The notes under the pieces are model-generated. The model made no database searches and was not told the DNA's origin. It saw nothing but the letters and a program-made list of their open reading frames with translations. The position numbers and the translations under genes were made by a program. A stretch of 64,000 nt of DNA from an uncultured Candidatus Saccharibacteria bacterium. Lineage in GTDB: Bacteria; Patescibacteriota; Doudnabacteria; UBA920. Positions 47,392 through 56,950 of this stretch are shown in pieces (position 1 is the first letter of the stretch; each line of letters opens with the position of its first letter). Location: NCBI GenBank assembly GCA_964556325.1, contig CAZKVS010000001.1, positions 67,133 through 131,132 of the forward strand, in the 5' to 3' direction.

Positions 47392-47784
47392 ATGGAAAAT
47401 AAAAAGACAATTTTGGTGGTGGAAGTTGTAGAAGATGAGGCACCACTCCGAAATGCACTTGTAGAAAAATTATCTCGTGAAGGATTCTCAGTCTTAAACG
47501 CAAAAAATGGCGAAGAGGGATTACAAACAGCTTTGTCTAATCACCCGAACTTAATATTGCTTGACATTATAATGCCAAAAATGAATGGATTAGAAATGTT
47601 AGAAAAGTTGAGAGCCGATGCCTGGGGTAAAACAGCACACGTGATAATGCTTACTAACCTAAGCGACAACGAAAAAATTGCCGAAGCAATGCATAGCCAC
47701 GCCTTTGATTATTTTGTGAAGTCTGATATTAAAATTCAAGAAGTAGTAGATAAAATAAAAGAAAAGTTATTGCATAAAGCATAG
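47392..47784 (+). CDS. Stand-alone response regulator receiver
   Basis: VEDE, LLDIIMPKMNG, LTN, FVKSD. Confidence 0.88.
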   Translation: MENKKTILVVEVVEDEAPLRNALVEKLSREGFSVLNAKNGEEGLQTALSNHPNLILLDIIMPKMNGLEMLEKLRADAWGKTAHVIMLTNLSDNEKIAEAMHSHAFDYFVKSDIKIQEVVDKIKEKLLHKA

Positions 47785-47907
47785 TATATAAGTTGGTTTT
47801 ATTAATGAAGTAGTATACTAAGGCGTCGTATAGGGGAGTTTGTCGGAAAATCGCCGAATAGGCAGTTTTTTGATATGCTGAATTGAGAATTTGCTATAGT
47901 CGTTATC

Positions 47908-48537
47908 ATGACAGCAGAACGCGAGTTTTTTGTAGTAAAACCAGAGCTTGTGCAGTCAGACCCATGGGTTGAACTTGTGCGCAGGGAGCGGGAGTTGGGA
48001 GAGGTGCACGAGCGGATGCTTTTGGCTTTGCAGTATGTGAAGGGTGAGAGAGATGCTGCGCTTGTTTTGGGTGATGCTTCTAAGGTGCAGGCTAAATATT
48101 TACTAGAGCAAGCTGGTTTTGGATTGGTGACAGATGTAGATATAAGTCCCAGCTTAGGGGATGATGAAGTAGTGCCCCTTTCGGAAGAGCGACTAAAACG
48201 AATTGTTTCTCCGTTTGATGGATACATGCCGCCGGAAGAAAGTTTTAATTTTATATATGGCAAGTCTTTAGCTTTTAACCCAAAAGAGACTACACCGGAA
48301 GTTTTGCTCCGTATGCAGCTTGCTTTAACTGAGGGTGGTATATTTTCGGCTGCGTGGGCAGGGGAGTACGACGAGTTCCGCTCCAAACATTATTCCCAAG
48401 AAGAGCTTGAACAACTGTACATTCAGAGCGGGTTACACATCCTACATATGGATAATCGAACCCCTGAGGAAGTGCGGGGACTCAATTCAACTCGAGTTGC
48501 GCATTTAATAGATATTATTGCCGAAAAGAGTAATTAA
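47908..48537 (+). CDS. Degenerate class I SAM methyltransferase-like protein
   Basis: VTDVDISP, FNFIYGKSL, LTEGGIF pattern; motif I atypical. Confidence 0.5.
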   Translation: MTAEREFFVVKPELVQSDPWVELVRRERELGEVHERMLLALQYVKGERDAALVLGDASKVQAKYLLEQAGFGLVTDVDISPSLGDDEVVPLSEERLKRIVSPFDGYMPPEESFNFIYGKSLAFNPKETTPEVLLRMQLALTEGGIFSAAWAGEYDEFRSKHYSQEELEQLYIQSGLHILHMDNRTPEEVRGLNSTRVAHLIDIIAEKSN

Positions 48538-48551
48538 AGTAGTTTAAATAT

Positions 48552-49307
48552 ATGGCTGTTGCTGCAACTGAAAAATATTTTACAGAGACAGGTGAGTTCT
48601 CCGAGCAAAAACGGACAGAGTTTTTGTCGGGTTTAAAAGATGAAACATCTGACGCATTTGAGCATATTGACTTGGGTGATTTCTTGCGTTTCGCAGGAGT
48701 GCCAAATCAACTTATTATTGATGAAATAAATACCGTGCCTGTAGACCAGCGACTTGCTAAGGCTGTGGAGTTAGGTATTTTGGCGAGTCCAGAAGGATAT
48801 AGTTGGTCCTTTAGCGGTTTGCGACCAATTGTTTTTGTAAAAGTGGGCGGTCAGATGATGCCTTTTTATCGAAGCAGTAAGGGCACAGGGGGTGTAAAAA
48901 CCGCGGGGGTGTGGTACCCATTCTTTGGATTCGGAGAAGACGAGTGGTTAATAAAAGGCGGTGGGGATAATTTTGAAACGAGCTATAACAACTCCGCTTT
49001 GCAGAAAGCCCAAGCTATATTAAACGCTGCGTTGAATTGGGATCATACCTTGGACTTGGTGGGGATGGATATTCAGGGGTATCCACTGCACGAGTTGGAA
49101 AACTTTTGCCCCCCGAGCGAACTCAACCAGCTAGTGTATGGCGAAAAAGAGTTGCCTTATCATCCCGATAGGCACGACGGCAAGTCCGGCGAGCGAATAA
49201 CTAAAATAATAATGGCCATGTACGAAAAGTATCCCGTTGAAGTGGTTAAGGGAGTGGTGGAGGCAAATCGTAGTAGATTAACAGAGCTCGGGTACAACCC
49301 GTCCTAG
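48552..49307 (+). CDS. Hypothetical protein
   Basis: 251-aa ORF; PFYRSSKGTGG..WYPFFG motif. Confidence 0.6.
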   Translation: MAVAATEKYFTETGEFSEQKRTEFLSGLKDETSDAFEHIDLGDFLRFAGVPNQLIIDEINTVPVDQRLAKAVELGILASPEGYSWSFSGLRPIVFVKVGGQMMPFYRSSKGTGGVKTAGVWYPFFGFGEDEWLIKGGGDNFETSYNNSALQKAQAILNAALNWDHTLDLVGMDIQGYPLHELENFCPPSELNQLVYGEKELPYHPDRHDGKSGERITKIIMAMYEKYPVEVVKGVVEANRSRLTELGYNPS

Positions 49308-49312
49308 ATTTT

Positions 49313-49840
49313 ATGAAAACATACGTCGCGCTGTTGCGCGGGATAAATGTGGGTGGAAATAAGAAAGTGGAAATGGCCAAGCTGAAGCAAGTGTTTGAGA
49401 AGCTTGGCTTTGAGCATGTGTCTACTTATATAAATTCGGGCAATGTTATTTTTTCCAGCAAAGGTGTACCTGTAGCTGTGGATCTGGAAAAAGTGCTCAA
49501 AAAATCTTTTGGGTTTGCTATTGCGGTGGTGCTGCGTGACGCAGCAAGTATAGCTAAAGTCGCTAAGGCTATTCCGAAGGGCTGGGAAAATAATCCGGAA
49601 GTAAAAACAGATGTCTTGTTTTTGTGGGATGAGTACAACAAGAAAAGCTCTCTTGGTTTAATTAGCGTGCACCCCGAAGCGGATAAGTTGAAGTATGTAG
49701 ACGGTGCCATTATTTGGCATGTAAACAGAAAGTTTTACACGAAGAGTGGTATGCGAAAGTTTATTGGCACCCCGCTCTACAAAAACATGACCGCCCGCAA
49801 TGTAAATACCGTGCGTAAGTTGGTCATCTTAATGAAATAA
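49313..49840 (+). CDS. DUF1697 domain protein
   Basis: YVALLRGINVGG, TYINSGNVIF, TARNVNTVRKL. Confidence 0.88.
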   Translation: MKTYVALLRGINVGGNKKVEMAKLKQVFEKLGFEHVSTYINSGNVIFSSKGVPVAVDLEKVLKKSFGFAIAVVLRDAASIAKVAKAIPKGWENNPEVKTDVLFLWDEYNKKSSLGLISVHPEADKLKYVDGAIIWHVNRKFYTKSGMRKFIGTPLYKNMTARNVNTVRKLVILMK

Positions 49841-49843
49841 TGT

Positions 49844-51040
49844 ATGCGTAAAAAAGTTCCTTCGGCGGTGTGGTTTCTGGGAGTGGTGAGTTTTTTAAAC
49901 GATACAGCCTCGGAAATGTTGTATCCTATTATGCCTATTTTCCTTACCCAAGTATTGGGTGCGCCAGTGTTTGTGGTGGGTATTATAGAAGGCATAGCAG
50001 AAGGCGGAGCGTCATTTTTTAAAACCGTGTTTGGCTACTGGTCGGACCGCTTGCAAAAACGTAAAGTGTTTGTAGTGGCGGGGTATGGCGCTAGTACCAT
50101 TTCTAAAGTTATAATTGCCCTGGCCTATACCTGGCCCATTGTTTTGCTCGGACGCATAGTAGACCGTGTGGGGAAGGGCGCCCGGACTGGTGCTCGGGAT
50201 GCATTGCTACTGGAAGCCACGGACGAAACCAACAAAGGGTTTATTTTTGGTTTTCACCGAACTATGGATACGGCCGGTGCGGTAGTGGGACCGCTGTTGG
50301 CCTTAGTCTTGCTGTGGGTTTTTCACAACAACATTCGATTAGTCTTGTACGTTGCGGTAGTGCCGGCGCTGGCGGCACTCGTCTTTTTTGCCTGGGTGAA
50401 GGAAGCGAAGAAACAGTATCAAACTACAAAGACTAAACTCACGTTAGCGGTGAAGGGGTTTCCCCCCAAGCTCAAACTCTTTTTGGTTGGCTTGTGCTTG
50501 TTCTCGCTTGGTAACTCGTCCGATAGTTTTCTCATTTTGCGAGCGAAAGACCTGGGCCTAAGCCTAACTATGGTTATAGCTGCGTACATTGTGTACAACA
50601 TTGTGTACGCCGCGGCCTCAGTGCCAGCGGGATTGTTGGCAGATAAAATTGGTCCGAAAAAAGTCTTTATTGCCGGTATACTTATTTTTGCCTTGGTGTA
50701 TTTAGGTTTTGCCTACAACACCCATGCAAGCACGGTGTGGGTATTGTTCGCAGTCTACGGTTTTTACATAGCTTTAACCGACGGCGTGTCTAAGGCGCTC
50801 GTTGGTCACTTTACCCCGCCGGAACAAGCAGGGGTCGTGTACGGCGTGCTGGGTACGGTGACTAGTTTGTTTACCTTGCTTGCCTCCGTACTGGGTGGGT
50901 TTTTGTGGAGCAGTGTTTCGCCAACTGCGACTTTCTTGTTTGCAGTAGTGTGCGCATTGCTCTCCCTTGTTATTTTCTTATTTTTAAAAACAGATTCTCC
51001 GGTGCTGATTGAAGTTGCCCGTCCAGGACAAAACAGGTAA
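49844..51040 (+). CDS. MFS transporter
   Basis: About 12 TM segments; GYWSDRLQKRK, DRVGKGART motifs. Confidence 0.9.
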   Translation: MRKKVPSAVWFLGVVSFLNDTASEMLYPIMPIFLTQVLGAPVFVVGIIEGIAEGGASFFKTVFGYWSDRLQKRKVFVVAGYGASTISKVIIALAYTWPIVLLGRIVDRVGKGARTGARDALLLEATDETNKGFIFGFHRTMDTAGAVVGPLLALVLLWVFHNNIRLVLYVAVVPALAALVFFAWVKEAKKQYQTTKTKLTLAVKGFPPKLKLFLVGLCLFSLGNSSDSFLILRAKDLGLSLTMVIAAYIVYNIVYAAASVPAGLLADKIGPKKVFIAGILIFALVYLGFAYNTHASTVWVLFAVYGFYIALTDGVSKALVGHFTPPEQAGVVYGVLGTVTSLFTLLASVLGGFLWSSVSPTATFLFAVVCALLSLVIFLFLKTDSPVLIEVARPGQNR

Positions 51041-51183
51041 AATTTAAAAAGAGGTACGTTTCTAGTCGATTACTTTAGCTGGTTGACTATTAATGTGGCA
51101 TTCAGTGGGTTATTTTTTGCGAAGCAAAAGCGTAACTTGATTTAATGAATTATTGTACGTTGTCTATGGCTATTATAAATGGA

Positions 51184-51807
51184 ATGAGAGATACAATACA
51201 GTGGTATGATGAGAACGCTACTGAATATGCTACTGCGGGCAAAGACTTAACTTTCCATACAGGAATTGAAAAGTTTACCTCTTATTTATTGCCCGGTTCT
51301 AAAGTTCTCGATGCTGGTTGTGGAGCAGGTAGGGATTCGCAGGTTTTACATGCAATGGGTTTGCATGTTACTGGAGTTGATCTTTCTGAGGGCTTGCTTA
51401 AAGAGGCGCGCAAGCGATGCCCAGATGTTAATTTCGTACTTGGAGACTTGCTTGACTTGCCTTTTGAAAACGAATCCTTTGATGGGGTGTGGGCGCACGC
51501 TTCTCTCGTTCATCTGGAAACAATTCAACAGGCACAAAAAGTATTGCTTGAATTTCATAGAGTATTAAAATCTAACGGAGTTGTATACATGATGGTAAAA
51601 CAACAGATGGGTAGTGATAAAACTGCCGTTGTTTCAGACACGCTCTCAAATCATGACAGATTTTTCCAATATTATAATAAGGAGGAACTTGTGGCCTTAG
51701 TAGAAAAGGCGCAGTTGACTACTTTATTCATCGTAGATGATGTAGACGATAGGGCGGGTCGGTCTGATACCAAGTGGATATGGTTAATAGCTAGAAAGAC
51801 AACATAA
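51184..51807 (+). CDS. Class I SAM-dependent methyltransferase
   Basis: VLDAGCGAGRD, GVDLS, FDGVWAHASLVH. Confidence 0.88.
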   Translation: MRDTIQWYDENATEYATAGKDLTFHTGIEKFTSYLLPGSKVLDAGCGAGRDSQVLHAMGLHVTGVDLSEGLLKEARKRCPDVNFVLGDLLDLPFENESFDGVWAHASLVHLETIQQAQKVLLEFHRVLKSNGVVYMMVKQQMGSDKTAVVSDTLSNHDRFFQYYNKEELVALVEKAQLTTLFIVDDVDDRAGRSDTKWIWLIARKTT

Positions 51808-51823
51808 TTTATTTCTGATAACT

Positions 51824-52252
51824 ATGTTTGAGGAAAAAACAATCGTAACGGTGCAGGTGCATGTAGCTGCGCCTATAGAGAAAGTCTGGGAGTATTGGAC
51901 TAACCCTGAACACATCACTCATTGGAACTTTGCGTCAGATGACTGGGAGTGCCTGGGTGGAACAAGTGACCTGCGCGTAGGCGGTACGTTTACTTCCCGC
52001 ATGCAGGCGAAAGATGGCAGTAGTGGTTTTGATTTTAGCGGTATATATACGGAAATAGTTCCTCAAGAGCGGATATTCTATGTCATGTCAGGAGAGGACG
52101 AGCGGAAAGTAGACGTGACGTTTACCGACGTTGGTGACGGTATCCTTGTAACTGAATCGTTTGAAACCGAAACGGAAAATCCGCCGGAAATGCAACAAGA
52201 GGGCTGGCAGGCTATACTCGACAACTTTAAAAAGCACGTAGAAAATGCATAA
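51824..52252 (+). CDS. SRPBCC / AHSA1-like domain protein
   Basis: APIEKVWEYWT.PEHI..WNFAS, DLRVGG, QQEGWQAILDNF. Confidence 0.88.
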   Translation: MFEEKTIVTVQVHVAAPIEKVWEYWTNPEHITHWNFASDDWECLGGTSDLRVGGTFTSRMQAKDGSSGFDFSGIYTEIVPQERIFYVMSGEDERKVDVTFTDVGDGILVTESFETETENPPEMQQEGWQAILDNFKKHVENA

Positions 52253-52339
52253 CTTCTAAACAGCAATTGCAAGTGCACTATATTAATTATTATATAAGCT
52301 CATTAGCTAGCCAGCTAAGAAGCTAGAAAGCTACTATAT

Positions 52340-52585
52340 ATGCCACAACAAGCAGGAACCTATTGTGAAAGTTGCATGATGCCGTTTGCCAAAGATCCGG
52401 GCAAGCGTGAATCAGATAAGTACTGTAGTCTCTGTTTTAAAGACGGTAAGCTGCAGTATGAAGGTAATGACCTAAAAGAGTTTCAACGAGTCGCTTACGA
52501 AAGCATGATTAAGCGCGGCACGAACAAGTGGTTGGCAAAGCTTTATACTTTTATGATTCGCTTTGCCCCTCGCTGGAAGAAATAA
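52340..52585 (+). CDS. Zinc ribbon domain protein
   Basis: CESCMMP...YCSLCFKDG...PRW. Confidence 0.8.
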   Translation: MPQQAGTYCESCMMPFAKDPGKRESDKYCSLCFKDGKLQYEGNDLKEFQRVAYESMIKRGTNKWLAKLYTFMIRFAPRWKK

Positions 52586-52592
52586 TCTCTCC

Positions 52593-52747
52593 TGTCATTC
52601 CGGAAGCTACCCACCTACGCCAAGGCTTCGGCGGGCAGGCGAGTCAATCTCCAACCAAGCAAGGGCTACTTGTCCGACGTAGCTTTAGCGAAGTTGGGTC
52701 CGGAATCCATCTTAACACCTGGATCCCGGCTCAGAGGCCGGGATGAC
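52593..52747. repeat. GTCATTCCG...GGATGAC REP-like element carrying an inverted pair of ~30-nt nested modules
   Basis: tgtcattccgga...tccggaatccat...tggatcccggc...gccgggatgac. Confidence 0.8.
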
Positions 52748-52769
52748 GGCTACTTTTGGAAGAAATATA

Positions 52770-53012
52770 ATGCATAATCAATCCAACGACCCACTACACG
52801 GAAAGACGCTACAAGCAATTGTAGAGTTTTTGGTAGCGGAGTATGGGTGGGAAAACTTAGGCACACGGATAAAGATTAAATGTTTTCAGGTAAACCCCAG
52901 TGTAAAATCCAGCCTGACCTTCTTGCGTCGTACCTCTTGGGCGCGCGAGCAAGTAGAAGCGTTGTACGTGGGTGCTATTCGTGAAAAGCCCACAGATATG
53001 TCGTTTGAGTAA
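52770..53012 (+). CDS. VF530 / DUF2132 family protein
   Basis: PLHGKTL, YGWENL, PSVKSSLTFLRRTSWAR..VE.LY. Confidence 0.85.
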   Translation: MHNQSNDPLHGKTLQAIVEFLVAEYGWENLGTRIKIKCFQVNPSVKSSLTFLRRTSWAREQVEALYVGAIREKPTDMSFE

Positions 53013-53076
53013 ATATGGAAAAACATCCCCGCATATCGCTGGCGTAATTAGCAGGCCTCTCACATTGCCCACTCTC

Positions 53077-53182
53077 TGTCATTCCGGTTTCCACGAGGTC
53101 TTCCGAGGGAATACCGGAATCCAGTATTTCTAAGGCGTGGATCCCGGACAGCCCGCGAGGGCTTGTGGCTTCCGGGATGACA
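53077..53182. repeat. GTCATTCCG...GGATGAC REP-like element
   Basis: tgtcattccgg...ccggaatcca...tggatcccgga...tccgggatgaca. Confidence 0.8.
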
Positions 53183-53219
53183 AGACAGGGGGGGGCGCAA
53201 GAGGTTAAATATTTATAGT

Positions 53220-53786
53220 ATGAAAAGAATTTTTATAATACACGGATGGGCGGGGAGTCCGATTGGAGACTGGATTGCCTGGGCCAAACAAGCGTTTGAG
53301 GCGAAAGGTTTTGAGGTGGTGGCGCCGGAAATGCCGGACACCTTGCATCCAAACATTGACGCATGGGTGAGTCACTTGCGAGACTTAGTAGGGAAGCCTG
53401 ATTCCAATACATTTTTTGTGGGCCACAGCATTGGCTGCCAAACTATCTTGCGGTATTTGGAAACTATAAGCACCCAAGTGGGCGGAGCAGTCTTTGTTGC
53501 GGGTTGGTTTGGTTTGGAAAATTTGGAAAATGCGGAAGTAGAGGAAGTAGCAAAGCCCTGGCTAACCGTGCCGATTAACTTAGAAAAGGTGCGGGCGGTG
53601 CTTCCTAAGTCCGTGTTGCTCATTTCCAGTAACGACGACTACGGCGCATATGAACTGAACGTTAAAAAATTTACTGAGCTTGGCTCGAAAATAGTTGTGC
53701 TCCAAGACGCAGGCCACATAACCGGCGGTGATGGTTTTATTGAGTTGCCTCAGTTGATAGAAGTGTTCGACTCCATCTTTCACTAA
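53220..53786 (+). CDS. RBBP9/YdeN family alpha/beta hydrolase
   Basis: IHGW, GHSIGC, AGH. Confidence 0.85.
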   Translation: MKRIFIIHGWAGSPIGDWIAWAKQAFEAKGFEVVAPEMPDTLHPNIDAWVSHLRDLVGKPDSNTFFVGHSIGCQTILRYLETISTQVGGAVFVAGWFGLENLENAEVEEVAKPWLTVPINLEKVRAVLPKSVLLISSNDDYGAYELNVKKFTELGSKIVVLQDAGHITGGDGFIELPQLIEVFDSIFH

Positions 53787-53819
53787 TTTTTTTTTCGCTA
53801 GCTGTTTATTATAATTTTT

Positions 53820-53863
53820 CCAAATACCACGTTTTTCGCGGCCGCGAAAAACGTGGTATTTGG
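53820..53863. repeat. Perfect 44-bp palindrome with no loop
   Basis: ccaaataccacgtttttcgcgg|ccgcgaaaaacgtggtatttgg. Confidence 0.9.
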
Positions 53864-53940
53864 CAGTATGTCTATGTGGGCTAGAGTCGCTTAAGTGCTA
53901 GTTTTTTGGTATGCTGTAAGCAATATTAAACACAACAAGC

Positions 53941-54444
53941 ATGTCCGAAAATGTATCTCACGATAGTGAAACGCCAGCAATCGGTCAACAGGTCATTACT
54001 GCATGTGCATTTATACATCAGGAATTTGAAGGTGTCGAAAAAGTCTTTTTACCCAAACGAGCGGAGACTAAAAAGTTTTTGCCCGGTGTGTATGAGTTGC
54101 CTGGTGGGCATATAGATTATGCAGAAGATATTGTAGCTGGTTTAAAAAGAGAAGTTATGGAAGAGTTTAGCATGAGCATAAGTGTGGGTGACCCGTTTGC
54201 GGTGTTTACATATACTAATGAAGTGAAAGGTTCGCATTCCATAGAAGTAATTTATTTTGCGCAGTTCACCGACTCCCTTGGGCAGATTGTGTTGCATCCG
54301 GATGACCATTCCACCTTTGGATGGTTTGCAGAAGACGAACTTGACCAAGTCGCAGACGCAAATAAACGTGGCGACGACCCAGAAATACTAGCTATTAAAA
54401 AAGGCTTTGCTTTGTTAAATGGTGGCAATCCTGCTTTTAAATAA
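53941..54444 (+). CDS. NUDIX hydrolase
   Basis: LPGGHIDYAEDIVAGLKREVMEE Nudix box. Confidence 0.85.
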   Translation: MSENVSHDSETPAIGQQVITACAFIHQEFEGVEKVFLPKRAETKKFLPGVYELPGGHIDYAEDIVAGLKREVMEEFSMSISVGDPFAVFTYTNEVKGSHSIEVIYFAQFTDSLGQIVLHPDDHSTFGWFAEDELDQVADANKRGDDPEILAIKKGFALLNGGNPAFK

Positions 54445-54446
54445 TT

Positions 54447-54893
54447 ATGCCGGATATACAGTTTATTAAATATCTTAAAACTTTACCCGCGGAAGATTGG
54501 GAGAAAAAAGTCACAGCGGACTGGGATGTCAAAAATGTGGTAGCACATATGATTGGTTGGGACCGAGGCGATGTGAATGCAATAAAAACTATATGGGAGA
54601 CTAAACAGCCGCCTGTGTGGAAGCTCTCTGGATGGGGGAAAGCAGACGACGATGCGTATAACGCAAAGTGGGTGGAGCACTATAAAGATTACACTCCTGA
54701 TGAGCTTATCTTGGAGTGGGAGAAGTGGCAGGTAGAGGTACGGGCGCTGGTGAGTTTTTATGGAGAAAAAAATCTTCGAGCTCGTCCTGATTTATTTGAC
54801 TGGCTTTTTGAGGGGGTTGAGGATAATAGAAAAGACAGCACCCCCGGACATTATAAACATCATTACAATCAACTTAAACAAGTTTTAGGATAG
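54447..54893 (+). CDS. DinB/MDMPI-like four-helix metal-binding protein
   Basis: WDVKNVVAHMIGWD...HYKHH. Confidence 0.7.
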   Translation: MPDIQFIKYLKTLPAEDWEKKVTADWDVKNVVAHMIGWDRGDVNAIKTIWETKQPPVWKLSGWGKADDDAYNAKWVEHYKDYTPDELILEWEKWQVEVRALVSFYGEKNLRARPDLFDWLFEGVEDNRKDSTPGHYKHHYNQLKQVLG

Positions 54894-54900
54894 AACAAGT

Positions 54901-55368
54901 ATGCCCGACGCAAACATAGACCAGAAAGACCCATATTTTGTAGCCGTAAAAGTTTTTTTAGAACTTGACGGTAAGTTTTTGGTGATGAAAGACAATTTTG
55001 GTCAGTGGGACTTGCCGGGTGGACGTATAAAGAAAGATGAGTTTGCTGTACCGCTAGAAGACATCGTAAAACGGAAGATGTTTGAAGAGGTGGGAGAGGG
55101 CGTACAGTATGTATTAGGTAAGCCTATAGTCTTTATGCGGCATGAGCGAGTAGAGCACGCGCCGGGTAACCCCACAGTGCGCATATTTGCCATTGGCTAC
55201 CAAGCTACCTGGCAGAGTGGGGAAGTGAGTTTCTCTGAGCGTCATACCGAGCTGCTGTGGGCTGACCCTGCCACATTTAAACCCGCAGATTACTTTACCG
55301 GCGGCTGGTTGAAGGGTGTGCAAGAATATATAGCTTTACAAACGGAGCCTCAGGCACCCCTTGAGTAA
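54901..55368 (+). CDS. NUDIX hydrolase
   Basis: WDLPGGRI...KRKMFEEVG (variant Nudix box). Confidence 0.8.
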   Translation: MPDANIDQKDPYFVAVKVFLELDGKFLVMKDNFGQWDLPGGRIKKDEFAVPLEDIVKRKMFEEVGEGVQYVLGKPIVFMRHERVEHAPGNPTVRIFAIGYQATWQSGEVSFSERHTELLWADPATFKPADYFTGGWLKGVQEYIALQTEPQAPLE

Positions 55369-55381
55369 TATTTGTTGAAAT

Positions 55382-56848
55382 ATGATGAATAAAAATCAAT
55401 CTCCTTGGTTGGATCAAATGGTTCGGACTAGACCAGGCATACGTCTTGCGCAAAATATGGAAGTGGATACAGCCATTATTGGTGGGGGTATTGCGGGTGT
55501 GGCAACGGCGTACTTTACCTTGGCGCATACGGACCACACGGTTGCTTTGCTGGAAATGGGGAAAGTGGCACATGGCGCTACGGGGCACAACGGCGGGTTT
55601 TTGGCTACGTACTTTGAGCGGAGTTTTATTAGTATTGTCAGAGAATTTGGTTTGGAGCTGGCTACTCGAGGGCAGCGCGACGTTGAATCGGCGTGGGAGT
55701 TGTTGGAGGATATGCGGGACACTGCTCAACTGAAGACGCCCATTTGGATTTTTACCGGGTACGCTGCCATTGCTACGGAGGAAGAACTTTTAATTCACTT
55801 GCGAAATTTAGCTCTCCGGGCGAAGGCAGGGTTGGAGGTTATACCACTATTGGTGGCTGAGGACGCTCTGTATATACCCCATATTCCGGATGTGTATCAA
55901 GACTTGTATAGACTTATTCCCCGTGTAGAGTTGGCGGAGCTCTTAGAAGTTAAAGACTCCGCTTATTTTGCGGCTTTGCCGGAGAAGAAAGGTTGTATGA
56001 ATAGTGCGGCATTTTGCGAGGAGCTGGTGCAGTATATGTTAGTTACTTATCCGGACCGGTTTACGTTACTTGAGCATACACCAGTGGAAGAAATTCGGCT
56101 GCAGGCAAACAGTGCTGTGGTATATGCCGGCGAGTTTACTGTTCAGTCCAAGCGGGTAGTGTTATGTACGAATGGTTTTGAGAATGTGCGCATAGTAAAT
56201 ACAGTAGGGCCAGACATAAACAAAAAGTTCCATCATTTAGTACGAGGTATAGTGGGCTATATGGCTGGTTACGTAGAGGCTTCCGAACGACCGCCTGTAG
56301 AAATTAGTTTTTTGCCAAAAAGCGCCCGTAAGGGGGACGATGTATTCTCCGAAGAACCCTATTTTTACTTGACTCGTAGACCATTTGGACAGGTAGATGA
56401 GAAGCCGCAAAACTTAATATCTATTGGCGGGCCGGAAGCTTTAATGGATGACACCAATGACTATACGTTGGACCATGACTATCCAGCACAAGCCAAACAA
56501 GACATAGACACATTCTTACAGACTACATACGCGCAAGCTCACCCGGAAGGAGAGGAGTATAAGTTTCTATGGCATGGGCTTATGGGTTTTACGCCAAATG
56601 GTATTCGCTTAGTCGGTCCAGAGCCGTTAAACCCTGTGCTGCTTTATAACTTAGGTTGTAACGGTGTGGGGCTTATGCCTTCCATCTTTGGCGGTCGCAA
56701 AATAGCTCGGTTTCTCGCCGGAGAAGTTTTGCCTCCTTCTATGTTTGACCCTGTAGACCAGCGTACGTCTGAAGCACGGCCAAGCATCCCATTGCGTACG
56801 GTGCAAGATCGATCTAATAATGCAGCGCGCCAAGGGCGTAACGTGTGA
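55382..56848 (+). CDS. FAD-dependent oxidoreductase (DAO/GlyOx family)
   Basis: IIGGGIAG, GATGHNGG, GCNGVG. Confidence 0.85.
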   Translation: MMNKNQSPWLDQMVRTRPGIRLAQNMEVDTAIIGGGIAGVATAYFTLAHTDHTVALLEMGKVAHGATGHNGGFLATYFERSFISIVREFGLELATRGQRDVESAWELLEDMRDTAQLKTPIWIFTGYAAIATEEELLIHLRNLALRAKAGLEVIPLLVAEDALYIPHIPDVYQDLYRLIPRVELAELLEVKDSAYFAALPEKKGCMNSAAFCEELVQYMLVTYPDRFTLLEHTPVEEIRLQANSAVVYAGEFTVQSKRVVLCTNGFENVRIVNTVGPDINKKFHHLVRGIVGYMAGYVEASERPPVEISFLPKSARKGDDVFSEEPYFYLTRRPFGQVDEKPQNLISIGGPEALMDDTNDYTLDHDYPAQAKQDIDTFLQTTYAQAHPEGEEYKFLWHGLMGFTPNGIRLVGPEPLNPVLLYNLGCNGVGLMPSIFGGRKIARFLAGEVLPPSMFDPVDQRTSEARPSIPLRTVQDRSNNAARQGRNV

Positions 56849-56896
56849 AATGTATGACCATTAATATTATATGAACCAAGATATTTTAAATTATAG

Positions 56897-56948
56897 TTGA
56901 CAGGCTTCGTATTTGATATATACTTGATTAGTCAACTATATATCAAAT
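56897..56948 (+). promoter_or_regulatory. MarR-gene promoter overlapped by a palindromic operator
   Basis: TTGACA-16-TATACT; atttgatatata...tatatatcaaat inverted repeat (56911-56948). Confidence 0.65.
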
Positions 56949-56950
56949 AT

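Noticed and set aside
35711-47871. Prophage or ICE integrated at tRNA-Gln
   Set aside because: No integrase, phage structural or conjugation genes were seen, and there is no distal tRNA 3'-end duplication beyond 36058.
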